From: a virus
Taxonomy: Duplodnaviria > Caudoviricetes
Virus record (IMG/VR): IMGVR_UViG_3300032373_000001
Strand: one strand, 5' to 3'
DNA length: 64,000 bases
The position numbers and the translations under genes are program-made. Below, piece by piece: positions 46,033-53,936 of the stretch (positions within the stretch are counted from its first letter, which is position 1; the number at the start of each line of letters is the position of its first letter). The notes beneath the pieces were generated by a model, which had not been told where the DNA came from, made no database searches, and saw only the letters and a list, made by a program, of their open reading frames with translations.

Positions 46033-47510
46033 CACTCACCCCCAAAGAGGTCGAACACATCATCGCGGGTGTCGGCCTTGATCGTATCGCCTTTGAACAT
46101 CCACCCCATCCGGGCAAACTTCCCTGAGTCCAGGAAGGTGTAGCCTGCGGGATTGATGCCGGTGCGGTGCGTCAGCCGGTAGTCCAGCTGCTCAGTGCGG
46201 GACTGCCAGAGCACGTCCCAGTCGATCCCATGCCAGCCGTCGCCCTCGCACCGTTGAATCTCCCCCGCCTGCCGGTCCAGATAGTATCCGAGGTAGCGAC
46301 TGTGCTTCGGTCGCCAGATCTTCTTGAACGAGCAGAGGCACGTCTCCATGCTGAAGAAGTCGGCGTCCTTCTTCAGGCGGGGGAAGCGGGCGTGCACCTC
46401 TGCCAAGATGGAGGCCCCCTCCTCTTCCAGCCGCTGGTACTCTCCCGCAGTCAGCTTAGTGTCGACCTCGGACTCCCGCCCCAGTGCCCAGAGCAGTCCG
46501 TTCCGGTGAGAGCGGCTGCCGCTGTAGTCCTTCAACATGAGGGAGGTGGCTTCCACCGGAACACCTGCCGTGTGCTTCAGGTGCTGGAGGAAGAACCACG
46601 TAGAATAGCGACCAAACTTGTAGAGCCCGCTGAGCTGCCCCCACAGGTTCTCGAAGGTTTCTTCCTCGGTCTCCCCGTAGAACTGAGCGAAGCGGTCGTG
46701 CTGGAGCCCGTTGCCCACCCACTCAGCATAGCTGGCGTACATGGCCGGCAGGTGACCCTTGTTCCATTTGGTGTCGGTCTGGTAGCGGAGCCTGGAGTAG
46801 TTGGCATTGTTCCAGAGCGTCAGCCGGTCGTGCGTTGCCAGCTCGAAGTCGGGGAACTCGTTGATGATGATCCAGCTCGTCGGGAGGTAGTAGGTGTTCC
46901 CGTACAGCCAGCTCAGCCACAGTCTCTGTTCCGAGTTGTGCTCGTACCGCTCGTGGAGGTAGTTGGTCATCCACAGGGCCGGGTCACAGTCCCGGAATTG
47001 AAGGGACCATGCATACCACCGGATGAAGGCTTCCCTCCGGTTCTCCGTAAGCCTGTAGTCCCCTGGGGGAGGGGCATGGGTAGGCAGGCCGCATCGGAAC
47101 AGGCGCATGGCGGAGCGGATCTGGTCGACCACTCGCTTGTGGTCCTTGGTACCCTTGGAGTAGTTGGGGTCCGGAATCCGCGTCTCACCGATGAGGTCGC
47201 TGACCCGAACAGACTTCCCGAAGACCTCGTCGCCGAACTGCTCTCGCAGCCGACGCTCGTTGCCGTTGTCCATGTAGAAGATGACGTCGGCCCAGTCGAT
47301 GAGGTCTTGGCGGACGGCGGTGGACCGGATGCCCAGACCATCCAGGCCCCGGCTCCTCAAGGCTGTGCGCATCTTCTTCGTGGTCCGGACCCCGTCCTTG
47401 CCTTTGAGGGCAGCGGAGCGGATGTCCCAGTGAGGCTCCATTGCTTGGAGCATGATGTGCCCGGCCGGGGAACGGTTGATGTTCCCGTGGCACAAAAACA
47501 AGACGCGCAC
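46032..47510 (-). CDS. Fusion: LMW phosphotyrosine-phosphatase-like domain + alpha-glutamyl/putrescinyl-thymine pyrophosphorylase (clade-3-like amino acid:DNA transferase)
   Basis: N-terminal LFLCHGNINRS (CX5R), WADVIFYMD, IPDP. C-terminal RREAFIRWY, DCDP, WLYGNTY, RYQTDTKW, KFGRYSTWFFLQHL, ETCLCSFKK, YLGYYLDRQ. One uninterrupted ORF. Confidence 0.8.
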   Translation of the reverse strand: MRVLFLCHGNINRSPAGHIMLQAMEPHWDIRSAALKGKDGVRTTKKMRTALRSRGLDGLGIRSTAVRQDLIDWADVIFYMDNGNERRLREQFGDEVFGKSVRVSDLIGETRIPDPNYSKGTKDHKRVVDQIRSAMRLFRCGLPTHAPPPGDYRLTENRREAFIRWYAWSLQFRDCDPALWMTNYLHERYEHNSEQRLWLSWLYGNTYYLPTSWIIINEFPDFELATHDRLTLWNNANYSRLRYQTDTKWNKGHLPAMYASYAEWVGNGLQHDRFAQFYGETEEETFENLWGQLSGLYKFGRYSTWFFLQHLKHTAGVPVEATSLMLKDYSGSRSHRNGLLWALGRESEVDTKLTAGEYQRLEEEGASILAEVHARFPRLKKDADFFSMETCLCSFKKIWRPKHSRYLGYYLDRQAGEIQRCEGDGWHGIDWDVLWQSRTEQLDYRLTHRTGINPAGYTFLDSGKFARMGWMFKGDTIKADTRDDVFDLFGGE

Positions 47511-47519
47511 GGGCGCCTC

Positions 47520-48137
47520 CTACTCGAAGGAGTGGATGAAGTCCAGGATCTGCTGTGCCACCTCGGATGGGGTGACGCCCTCCACCGTGATGTTGAGCAG
47601 TCGGTTCTCTTCGTCCGTCGGATCGCCCCCGTCGCCGAACATGTCGAAGAGGGAGTTGTCCTGGGGCAGGAAGCGGTCAGCGAAGCGTCGGGCCTTGCTG
47701 ACGCGCCCCTTGAGCCAAGTGGGGTTTTGGTCGCTGCCCCGCTCCTTGCGGCGCGCATCCATCACTTCGTCGCTGGCCCCCAGGTGAGCGCAGAGCACCT
47801 TGACGCCTCGGTCTTCCAGGAACTTCTTCGCATTGGCGTGACTGAAGCGGTCGCCGTCGAACACCGTGTACTTGTAGGTGGCGTCGGGGAGGATCTCCTC
47901 CTCCCAGTGCTCCACGCAGGGGACCCAGCCATCGTTGGGGACCGTGTCTGCGCCGTCGAAGGTTCCGGTCCCGTAGTGGCCTGCGAACACGTAGGGGCCT
48001 CCATTCTGAAGGCACCACTTGATCTTCTTGGTCTCGTCGTGGGTGAAGTTGGTGTAGTCCTTCCCGAGGATGATACGGGCGGTGGTTGTTTTGCCGACGC
48101 CTGGAGGGCCGACGAGGAACAGCGCGATGTGGGCCAT
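47520..48137 (-). CDS. P-loop kinase of hypermodification loci (5-hydroxymethyluracil-DNA-kinase-like)
   Basis: GPPGVGKT, GHYGTGTFDGADT, FDGDRF, RRKERGSDQNPTWLKGR. Directly upstream of the aGPT gene. Confidence 0.8.
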   Translation of the reverse strand: MAHIALFLVGPPGVGKTTTARIILGKDYTNFTHDETKKIKWCLQNGGPYVFAGHYGTGTFDGADTVPNDGWVPCVEHWEEEILPDATYKYTVFDGDRFSHANAKKFLEDRGVKVLCAHLGASDEVMDARRKERGSDQNPTWLKGRVSKARRFADRFLPQDNSLFDMFGDGGDPTDEENRLLNITVEGVTPSEVAQQILDFIHSFE

Positions 48138-48140
48138 TTT

Positions 48141-48683
48141 CTATCCTTCCTGGGCGATCTTTACGAGCCAAGGATACAGGTTCTTGTGGTTGGGTTCGGC
48201 GTAGAGGAAGCCCCTCCCGCCTGCGTCGTGGAACTCTCGGGTGTTCCGGTCGTAGTCATCCACGAGGTAGCTCTCGGGGGTCGCGTAGAACTGCTTCTGG
48301 CGAGAGGTCGCTACGCAGTTGAACCTCCGCAGCGCTTTCAGGTCGATCAAGTCCCCGTAGTGTTTGCGGAGGAACTCTACCTTCCCGGCGTGAGCCGCCT
48401 CTCCCATGTCCCCATCGTAGGAGCCCAGCGAGGTGAGGATCTCCACGTTCCAGCCGTTCTCGTGAGCTGCCTCCATCAGGACCTTCCAGTCCTTCAGGTG
48501 GAGGGGTGCGGCTTCGCTGAAGAACTTCCTCTTGCCTACCGTCTTCCACGCCTTCACGTAGTGGGCGTGCTTTTCTCGGTCGGGGAGATGGCCGTAGGAG
48601 CCAGGCTCCCATCCGAGGAGCTGATCGCATCGTCCGACGAAGTCCACGAGGACCCCGTCCATGTCAAGGTACAAGGTCTTCAT
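48141..48683 (-). CDS. HAD-superfamily 5'(3')-deoxyribonucleotidase
   Basis: LYLDMDGVLVDF, ILTS, GK, LVDDY...N. Confidence 0.8.
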   Translation of the reverse strand: MKTLYLDMDGVLVDFVGRCDQLLGWEPGSYGHLPDREKHAHYVKAWKTVGKRKFFSEAAPLHLKDWKVLMEAAHENGWNVEILTSLGSYDGDMGEAAHAGKVEFLRKHYGDLIDLKALRRFNCVATSRQKQFYATPESYLVDDYDRNTREFHDAGGRGFLYAEPNHKNLYPWLVKIAQEG

Positions 48684-48690
48684 AGGCTTG

Positions 48691-48927
48691 TTACTCCGTG
48701 TCGACGGTCAACTGGGTCTCGACCCAGCAGGTCGCGCCGCAGCTCAGGGGGTTGCCTGGACGGTACACTACCCTGGCGACCTCTTTTCCCGAAGAGTCTC
48801 GGAGGATGGCGGTGGAGGCACGGCGATTGCGGCTGTAGTCCTTCACCGTCAAGGGGGCTTCTTGCTCTCCGCACTTCTTGTTGCGCTTGATGATGTGCTG
48901 ATTGACGTGGATGCGCGTGGTCTTCAA
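48691..48927 (-). CDS. Small conserved-looking phage protein
   Basis: IHVNQHIIKRN...PLTVK...VVYRPGNPLSCGATCWVET. The TTG start overlaps the upstream stop. Confidence 0.65.
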   Translation of the reverse strand: MKTTRIHVNQHIIKRNKKCGEQEAPLTVKDYSRNRRASTAILRDSSGKEVARVVYRPGNPLSCGATCWVETQLTVDTE

Positions 48928-49181
48928 GGCTCGTTCCCCAAGGTCAGCCCCGCCTTCCGCCGCTTCTCGTTGTAGTGGGCGTTCTTGTTGCTGCACCGCC
49001 GGGAGCAGTACTTGCTCTTCTGGCGGCTTGGCTTGTGACAATCCATCCAGGAGCACTCTTTGGCTCCTGGATGGATTGTACCGCTTGCGGGCTTCTTGGT
49101 GTTGGTCGGGCCTCGCATTCCCATCAGGAATTCCGCGATGGATGCCATGCGCTTGAGGTCTTCTTGGGTCGTGTCTGCCAT
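48924..49181 (-). CDS. Small CGNR-like zinc-finger protein
   Basis: CSWMDC...YCSRRCSNK followed by a basic tail. Confidence 0.6.
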   Translation of the reverse strand: MADTTQEDLKRMASIAEFLMGMRGPTNTKKPASGTIHPGAKECSWMDCHKPSRQKSKYCSRRCSNKNAHYNEKRRKAGLTLGNEP

Positions 49182-49221
49182 TGGCGTAGGAATTCCTCCT
49201 GAGTGAAGGCAGTGACCCTTA

Positions 49222-49725
49222 TTACCGGCCCCGGTTCTTCCTCTTCTTGCCGTTGATGCGGGTGTCTTCGTCGGCTTGTTGGATGTCGACATCCAACCCG
49301 GTGACTTGGGACCGTAAAGATTTGCCTACCCGGACATCCACCCCGCCGACTTCGGAGTCAATCAGCTCCCCCACCTCGATGCCCAGGCCGAAGATCTTGC
49401 AGTTGGTGGCCTTAGCGATCTTGATGTCAGTGCCCGTGATGGTCTGGTCTCGAACCACTCCGAATTCCTGCCCTCGGAACAGCGATCCGAATCCCGTCTT
49501 CTTTCTCGCAGGCTCCTTTGGCGGAGGCTTCTGCCAGCCCGCTGCTGGCTTCGAGTGGTCGTAGGGCTCGAAGGTGTAGCCTGTGGTCCCGCACCCGCAG
49601 ACCATCATAGACCACCCATTCTCCAGCGCCTGGGTTCCCCACTGCGGTGCAGGTCCCCGATTACAACGGGAACACTCTACAGCCTGCTTGAAGTCCACGG
49701 GGTGTTCGATCTTGGTCGGGTTCAT
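49222..49725 (-). CDS. Hypothetical protein with a Cys-rich N-terminus
   Basis: CSRC...CGC, then beta-helix-like I/V/G repeats. Confidence 0.65.
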   Translation of the reverse strand: MNPTKIEHPVDFKQAVECSRCNRGPAPQWGTQALENGWSMMVCGCGTTGYTFEPYDHSKPAAGWQKPPPKEPARKKTGFGSLFRGQEFGVVRDQTITGTDIKIAKATNCKIFGLGIEVGELIDSEVGGVDVRVGKSLRSQVTGLDVDIQQADEDTRINGKKRKNRGR

Positions 49726-49749
49726 GGATCCTCCGACCAAGATTACGTC

Positions 49750-50160
49750 CTACTCCCAAGTTCCTTTCATGAAGTCGTACAGCATGTTGAAGTGGGCCAG
49801 CCCCTCGCGCATCCAGAGGTGAAGCCGGAACCACTCATTGGAGGAGCGCAGGAGGAAGGCTGCCTGATCCCGTGTGGGGAAGGCGGCGAACCCGTAACGG
49901 TTCGGGTTCGCGCAGACGATCGCGAGCGCCCGGTACAGCGCATCCCCGAGATCGATGTCTCCGGGGATGTACTCCAGTCCTTGCATCCAGGGGGAACCTG
50001 CGGGCTTGCACGGCAGCCGGGTCCCCAGAATCTTGCACTCTGGGTAGAAGGTCAGGTCCCCCTGAAGGAGTGCGGGGTAGTTTGGGTCCCCGGCAGCGGC
50101 CGGGATTTCAAGGAAGTACGGGTTAAATTGCATCAGACTCTTCAGCAGAGGGTTCTTCAC
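49750..50160 (-). CDS. Hypothetical protein
   Basis: 136-aa ORF in the operon. Confidence 0.65.
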   Translation of the reverse strand: MKNPLLKSLMQFNPYFLEIPAAAGDPNYPALLQGDLTFYPECKILGTRLPCKPAGSPWMQGLEYIPGDIDLGDALYRALAIVCANPNRYGFAAFPTRDQAAFLLRSSNEWFRLHLWMREGLAHFNMLYDFMKGTWE

Positions 50161-50557
50161 GCACCCTGCCGCGAGCTGCTGCCAGGGCGCGCTCGTACTT
50201 ACTATCCGCCTCAGCTCGCTCTGACTCGTACCTCTTGTGGAGCCGCGCCTCCCACATTTCCAATCCCTTGGAAGTGAGATAGTAGCGGTCCTCTTCCCTC
50301 GTGCGAGAAGCCATTGCCCGAGGGTTCAGATTCCCTCGCATGTAGGCTTCTTGGTAGATGTAGCGCATGCCTCCGATGCCCGTTGAGGCTCCCATCAAAG
50401 GGTGCGCGGTCACCTTGACGCGCACCCTCACGATCAGGCCGTGCTTGATCAAGGAAGGCACCGTGCGGCCCAGGAGGTAGCCGTACATCTTGCCGCCTTC
50501 GGCAGCAGTCTTCATGGCTTCCCACTGCTGGGACGTGAGTCGGGGCTTCTTGGGCAT
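50123..50557 (-). CDS. Hypothetical protein, winged-helix-like
   Basis: SLIKHGLIV...YYLTSKGLE. Confidence 0.65.
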   Translation of the reverse strand: MPKKPRLTSQQWEAMKTAAEGGKMYGYLLGRTVPSLIKHGLIVRVRVKVTAHPLMGASTGIGGMRYIYQEAYMRGNLNPRAMASRTREEDRYYLTSKGLEMWEARLHKRYESERAEADSKYERALAAARGRVREEPSAEESDAI

Positions 50558-50560
50558 GGC

Positions 50561-50836
50561 CTACCTCTGGGTGTTTTCGTCCGCGCGGAGGATGTCTTGC
50601 AAGTATTTCTTGTGGACTGCTGCCGCCTCCGCAGCAGCTTGCTCTTCCCGCTGCTCGGTGTATACCTGTAGTCCGTTTGGAGTCAGGGCAAGCCGCCCTT
50701 CACCAGGGGTGACCACCAGACCCTTCTTCATCAGGCGTTCGATTGCGCCTGCGTAGAGGTGGGCCTTGGGACCGCCGCGAGGAGCCTCGCCCCAGGCAGC
50801 GACCCAGCTGAGGATATGGTGCTCAGTCTCCCTCAC
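50561..50836 (-). CDS. Small winged-helix-like protein
   Basis: AIERLMKKGLVV...LALTPNG. Confidence 0.6.
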   Translation of the reverse strand: MRETEHHILSWVAAWGEAPRGGPKAHLYAGAIERLMKKGLVVTPGEGRLALTPNGLQVYTEQREEQAAAEAAAVHKKYLQDILRADENTQR

Positions 50837-52410
50837 TTGAGGCCCATACGCCTCAGGGCATCCTGGCGGCTGAAGAACCCATAGCCGTCGATCTTCTCAA
50901 TCAGCTGGCGGAGAGCTTCTCGTGCCTGAGCCTCGTACTCGAAGTTGGCACCGTGCGCGTTGGCCCGAAGCTCGATGATGTACACCGCATCGCGTAGCCC
51001 CGCTTGACCCGCCAGCTCGACCTGAGTCCCCATCGGCAGGCAGAGCATCGCCAGGCCCTTCAGGCCGTTGTTGTGGAACCAGAGGTAATGCTCGCGGCTC
51101 TTCTGCATCGCCTGAGTCAGCAGCGACTTCCCCCGCTCGCTCATACAGGGATAGCTGGGGTGGATGCGGAAGGAATCGCCCTTCCCCCACAGGATGCTCA
51201 TGACCCAAGGGAACGCCGTTCGGTGACGGTGCCAGTCACGAGCAACCGCGAGGCTACACCGGAAGGTGATGTCTACGTCCGCAAGGTGGTTGTAGTAGGG
51301 GTCCAGGTAGGACCGGGCACCGACCTCACGGTCGGGGACGCTGCCTGGGATGTGGTCCCGCTTGGCGTGGAGCTTGACTCGGACCTCGGACCCCGGAGTC
51401 CCCAAGAGCTTGAAGTCCCAGTTGTACTGGCTGGGACGAGCGGCTTCTCCGAAGCCGTCGCTCTGGTCGATGACGGCTTCTCGGAGGCCCATTCCCTTGA
51501 GTCCCGGCAGGGCCTGCTGGTACAGCTCGTGGGCGCGCTGCCAAGTGTCGAGGGACCCCGCCTCCTGGAGGAGTCTGGCGCGGTTGGCTCCCTCCTTGAT
51601 GATGCGGGACCGCTCGCGCAGGTCGCCGGTGTGGGCGCAGCCCGTAGCGAAGGTGCCGGGGATTGCCCATCGAGCACGGTCCAGGGCAGGGCGGAACGGC
51701 TCCTTGTCCTTGATGCCAAACTTGGCCCGGTTCTCGGCGTCCTTGAAGTGTTCCCTCCACCAGCTGACCTCCGCATCGAAGACCTCGAACCACAGTCCGT
51801 GGATCTCCTTCAGCTGGGGCCAGACCTCCCAAGTCTCGCGGGAGGTCTCATCGGCGATAAGCACCCCCGGATCTTGGGGGTTGAGCGGGTTGTGGACGCG
51901 CTTCACGTCCCGTTCCTGGCTCTTCAAGTAGTAGCACTCGCGGGCCATGGGCCAGTCCTTCCTGCGGACTGCCCTCGTCGAGAACTCCTGCCCCGAGCAC
52001 AGAGGGCTGTCGAACAGCTGGTATGCCGCGAGCCAGGAGATGCCCTCTGTGAAGCATGCCGGGGAGCCGGTCAGTTCCATGATCGAGCTGTGGCCGTAGT
52101 GCTGGACGAACTTGGCGAAGAACTCCCCCACCTTTGGGTGAATGGGATACTGCGTCAATGCATCTTCTGCCAGGCCCCGCCAATCGACGGTCTCTGGGGC
52201 GATCTCTTCGAGATTGTCCCTCAATGTTTCTTGGACGGCCTCGACCACCTCAGCGTAGCGGGCACGGATGCCTCCGACCGGCATGCGGGAAGACATCGCC
52301 GCAAACATGGCTCGAACTTCGGGTGTGAGACGGTGGTCCAGCCAGTAGAAGCCTTCGCCCATGGGGTGCTGCGAAGCGGACCGGCTTGCGTGGAGGTATT
52401 TGAACGTCAT
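50833..52410 (-). CDS. thyX: FAD-dependent thymidylate synthase, tandem-domain type
   Basis: YGHSSIMEL, QEFSTRAV, LDRARWAIP, SLAVARDWHRHR, LPMG...YIIELR. Confidence 0.8.
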   Translation of the reverse strand: MTFKYLHASRSASQHPMGEGFYWLDHRLTPEVRAMFAAMSSRMPVGGIRARYAEVVEAVQETLRDNLEEIAPETVDWRGLAEDALTQYPIHPKVGEFFAKFVQHYGHSSIMELTGSPACFTEGISWLAAYQLFDSPLCSGQEFSTRAVRRKDWPMARECYYLKSQERDVKRVHNPLNPQDPGVLIADETSRETWEVWPQLKEIHGLWFEVFDAEVSWWREHFKDAENRAKFGIKDKEPFRPALDRARWAIPGTFATGCAHTGDLRERSRIIKEGANRARLLQEAGSLDTWQRAHELYQQALPGLKGMGLREAVIDQSDGFGEAARPSQYNWDFKLLGTPGSEVRVKLHAKRDHIPGSVPDREVGARSYLDPYYNHLADVDITFRCSLAVARDWHRHRTAFPWVMSILWGKGDSFRIHPSYPCMSERGKSLLTQAMQKSREHYLWFHNNGLKGLAMLCLPMGTQVELAGQAGLRDAVYIIELRANAHGANFEYEAQAREALRQLIEKIDGYGFFSRQDALRRMGLK

Positions 52411-52486
52411 GCGGGGGACTCCTTTTGAGGTCCTTTTTACCCGATGGACTGCCTATCAACCTGTCGAGGTCAGCAGGAGGAATTCG

Positions 52487-53518
52487 ATGCTGTCCATCCA
52501 AGCCCGTGCGTGGCGTGTATTGGCCCGTTTCCGCCAGAAGAATGCGGGTCCCCTCACAGACGTAAGCAAGCTCCGCCACCAAGCGGTGTTCCTCATGGGA
52601 GCCGGAGGCTCGGGCAAGGGTTATGTCTCCCATCGCTGGTTGAAGTACATGCCAGGGATCGGTGCCGCAGGTGCCTCTCGCAAGGAGTGGGGCGAGCGTG
52701 CCCTGCAAGAGATGAGCGAGCAGATGCGCGGCCTCTCCAACATGAGCTTCGAGAAGGCAAAGGCTGCCCTGGAGAAGAAGGGCATCCGTATCGAGCTGGT
52801 CGAAGGCGGGCGTGCCTCACTCCCCTTTCGCCTCTACACCTACGACAGCAGGGGCCAAGAGCACTTGGTGGCCCCTGCTCGCTGGGAAGAAGATCTCCCT
52901 CCTCAGATCTACGAAGAGGTCCAAGGACTGAAGGAGGTCGTCTTCGGCACCCCGGTCCATGAGCTTCCTTCCTACTGGAGACAGGTGAACCCTGACATCT
53001 ACAAGGAGGAACTGGCCGGGTACATGGAGAGTCAGCCTGGGTATGTCCACGAGATGTCCTCGGAGATGTCTAAGGCATACTTCGAGGCGGCTTTGGAGAC
53101 CGGTGACCCCCTCTTCGTCGACGGGACCGGCAGTAACCTCCGGAAGATGAATGCCCAGATCCAGGCGGCGAAGGCCGCTGGTTACAGGGTCTCGTTGGTC
53201 TTCGTGTTCGTGCCTCTCGCGGTGAACCAGATCCGAAACGCCACTCGCGCGCGTAAGGTCAACCCGATGGAGGTCACCCGTCAGTGGAAGCTGATCTCCA
53301 AGAACTACGCTGCCCTGCGGAACGTCGCCGACAAAGCCACTGTCGTCATCAACCGGAACGACCCTTCGGACCGCAAGAAGTACATCCAGAACGCGGACTT
53401 CATCAACGAGTTTATCCGCCGAGGGACGCGCGGCCAGTACGATGACCTGTACGCGCTGGTCGCAGCTCAGAGCCCCAACGAGTTGAGGGACTGGGGCGCG
53501 TTGCTCAAGGGGGAGTGA
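52487..53518 (+). CDS. Zeta-toxin-like P-loop kinase
   Basis: FLMGAGGSGKG, VNPDIYK, FVDGTGSN, GYRVSLVFV, RNATRARKV. AGGAGG SD. Confidence 0.75.
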   Translation: MLSIQARAWRVLARFRQKNAGPLTDVSKLRHQAVFLMGAGGSGKGYVSHRWLKYMPGIGAAGASRKEWGERALQEMSEQMRGLSNMSFEKAKAALEKKGIRIELVEGGRASLPFRLYTYDSRGQEHLVAPARWEEDLPPQIYEEVQGLKEVVFGTPVHELPSYWRQVNPDIYKEELAGYMESQPGYVHEMSSEMSKAYFEAALETGDPLFVDGTGSNLRKMNAQIQAAKAAGYRVSLVFVFVPLAVNQIRNATRARKVNPMEVTRQWKLISKNYAALRNVADKATVVINRNDPSDRKKYIQNADFINEFIRRGTRGQYDDLYALVAAQSPNELRDWGALLKGE

Positions 53519-53750
53519 GCCCTTCGTACAAATCCGTAGGGTAGAGGGCTCCCGGCCGCTCCTCGACGCCGGTCTCCCGTATCAATCCCGGGAGGAGCAG
53601 GTCTACCTGCTCCTCGAAGTCATCGGGCAGCCCGGCAGCCTCGCGCACTGCTTCCCTGGCCGCATCCCTGAGCTGCCCGATGACCTCTTCCGTTAGGCTC
53701 AGCGGGTCCGCCCGCAGGCACAATTCGTCAGTCAGGATTTCGACGAGCAT
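53505..53750 (-). CDS. Hypothetical protein
   Basis: 81 aa with GGAGGAAGGAG upstream. Confidence 0.6.
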   Translation of the reverse strand: MLVEILTDELCLRADPLSLTEEVIGQLRDAAREAVREAAGLPDDFEEQVDLLLPGLIRETGVEERPGALYPTDLYEGLTPP

Positions 53751-53793
53751 CTCCTTCCTCCGAGAATTGCTGTTCGTTCTGGCAGGCGTTTTA

Positions 53794-53936
53794 TTACCAC
53801 CGCTCGGTGGGGTCGCTCTGGAGTCGCTCCAGCTGCGGCCTCCACAACCGGCCTTCTGTACGCGACCCCGCTTCTCGTCGAGCTCCCAGTAGAAGCCGAA
53901 CTGGCGGCCCTTGTGCGTGATGATGCTACCGGGCAG
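53794..53936 (-). pseudogene. Coding-like remnant after an in-frame TGA, with an apparent 1-nt frameshift
   Basis: After PDEE* the frame continues LPGSIITHKGRQFGFYWELDEKRGRVQKAG with strong C/G3 codons. Another frame then continues LWRPQLERLQSDPTERW**. Confidence 0.3.

Noticed and set aside
43990-47648. Identical 15-nt gccgaacatgtcgaa at three sites as a DNA-level operator
   Set aside because: All three copies are in frame and simply use the preferred codons for FDMFG. The other two copies of the peptide use different codons, which points to protein-level selection.
46167-48890. 907-aa plus-strand ORF over the modification cluster, and similar shadows at 28596-30680, 30748-32394 and 38351-40366
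   Set aside because: Each is the in-register antisense of genes with clear catalytic motifs.
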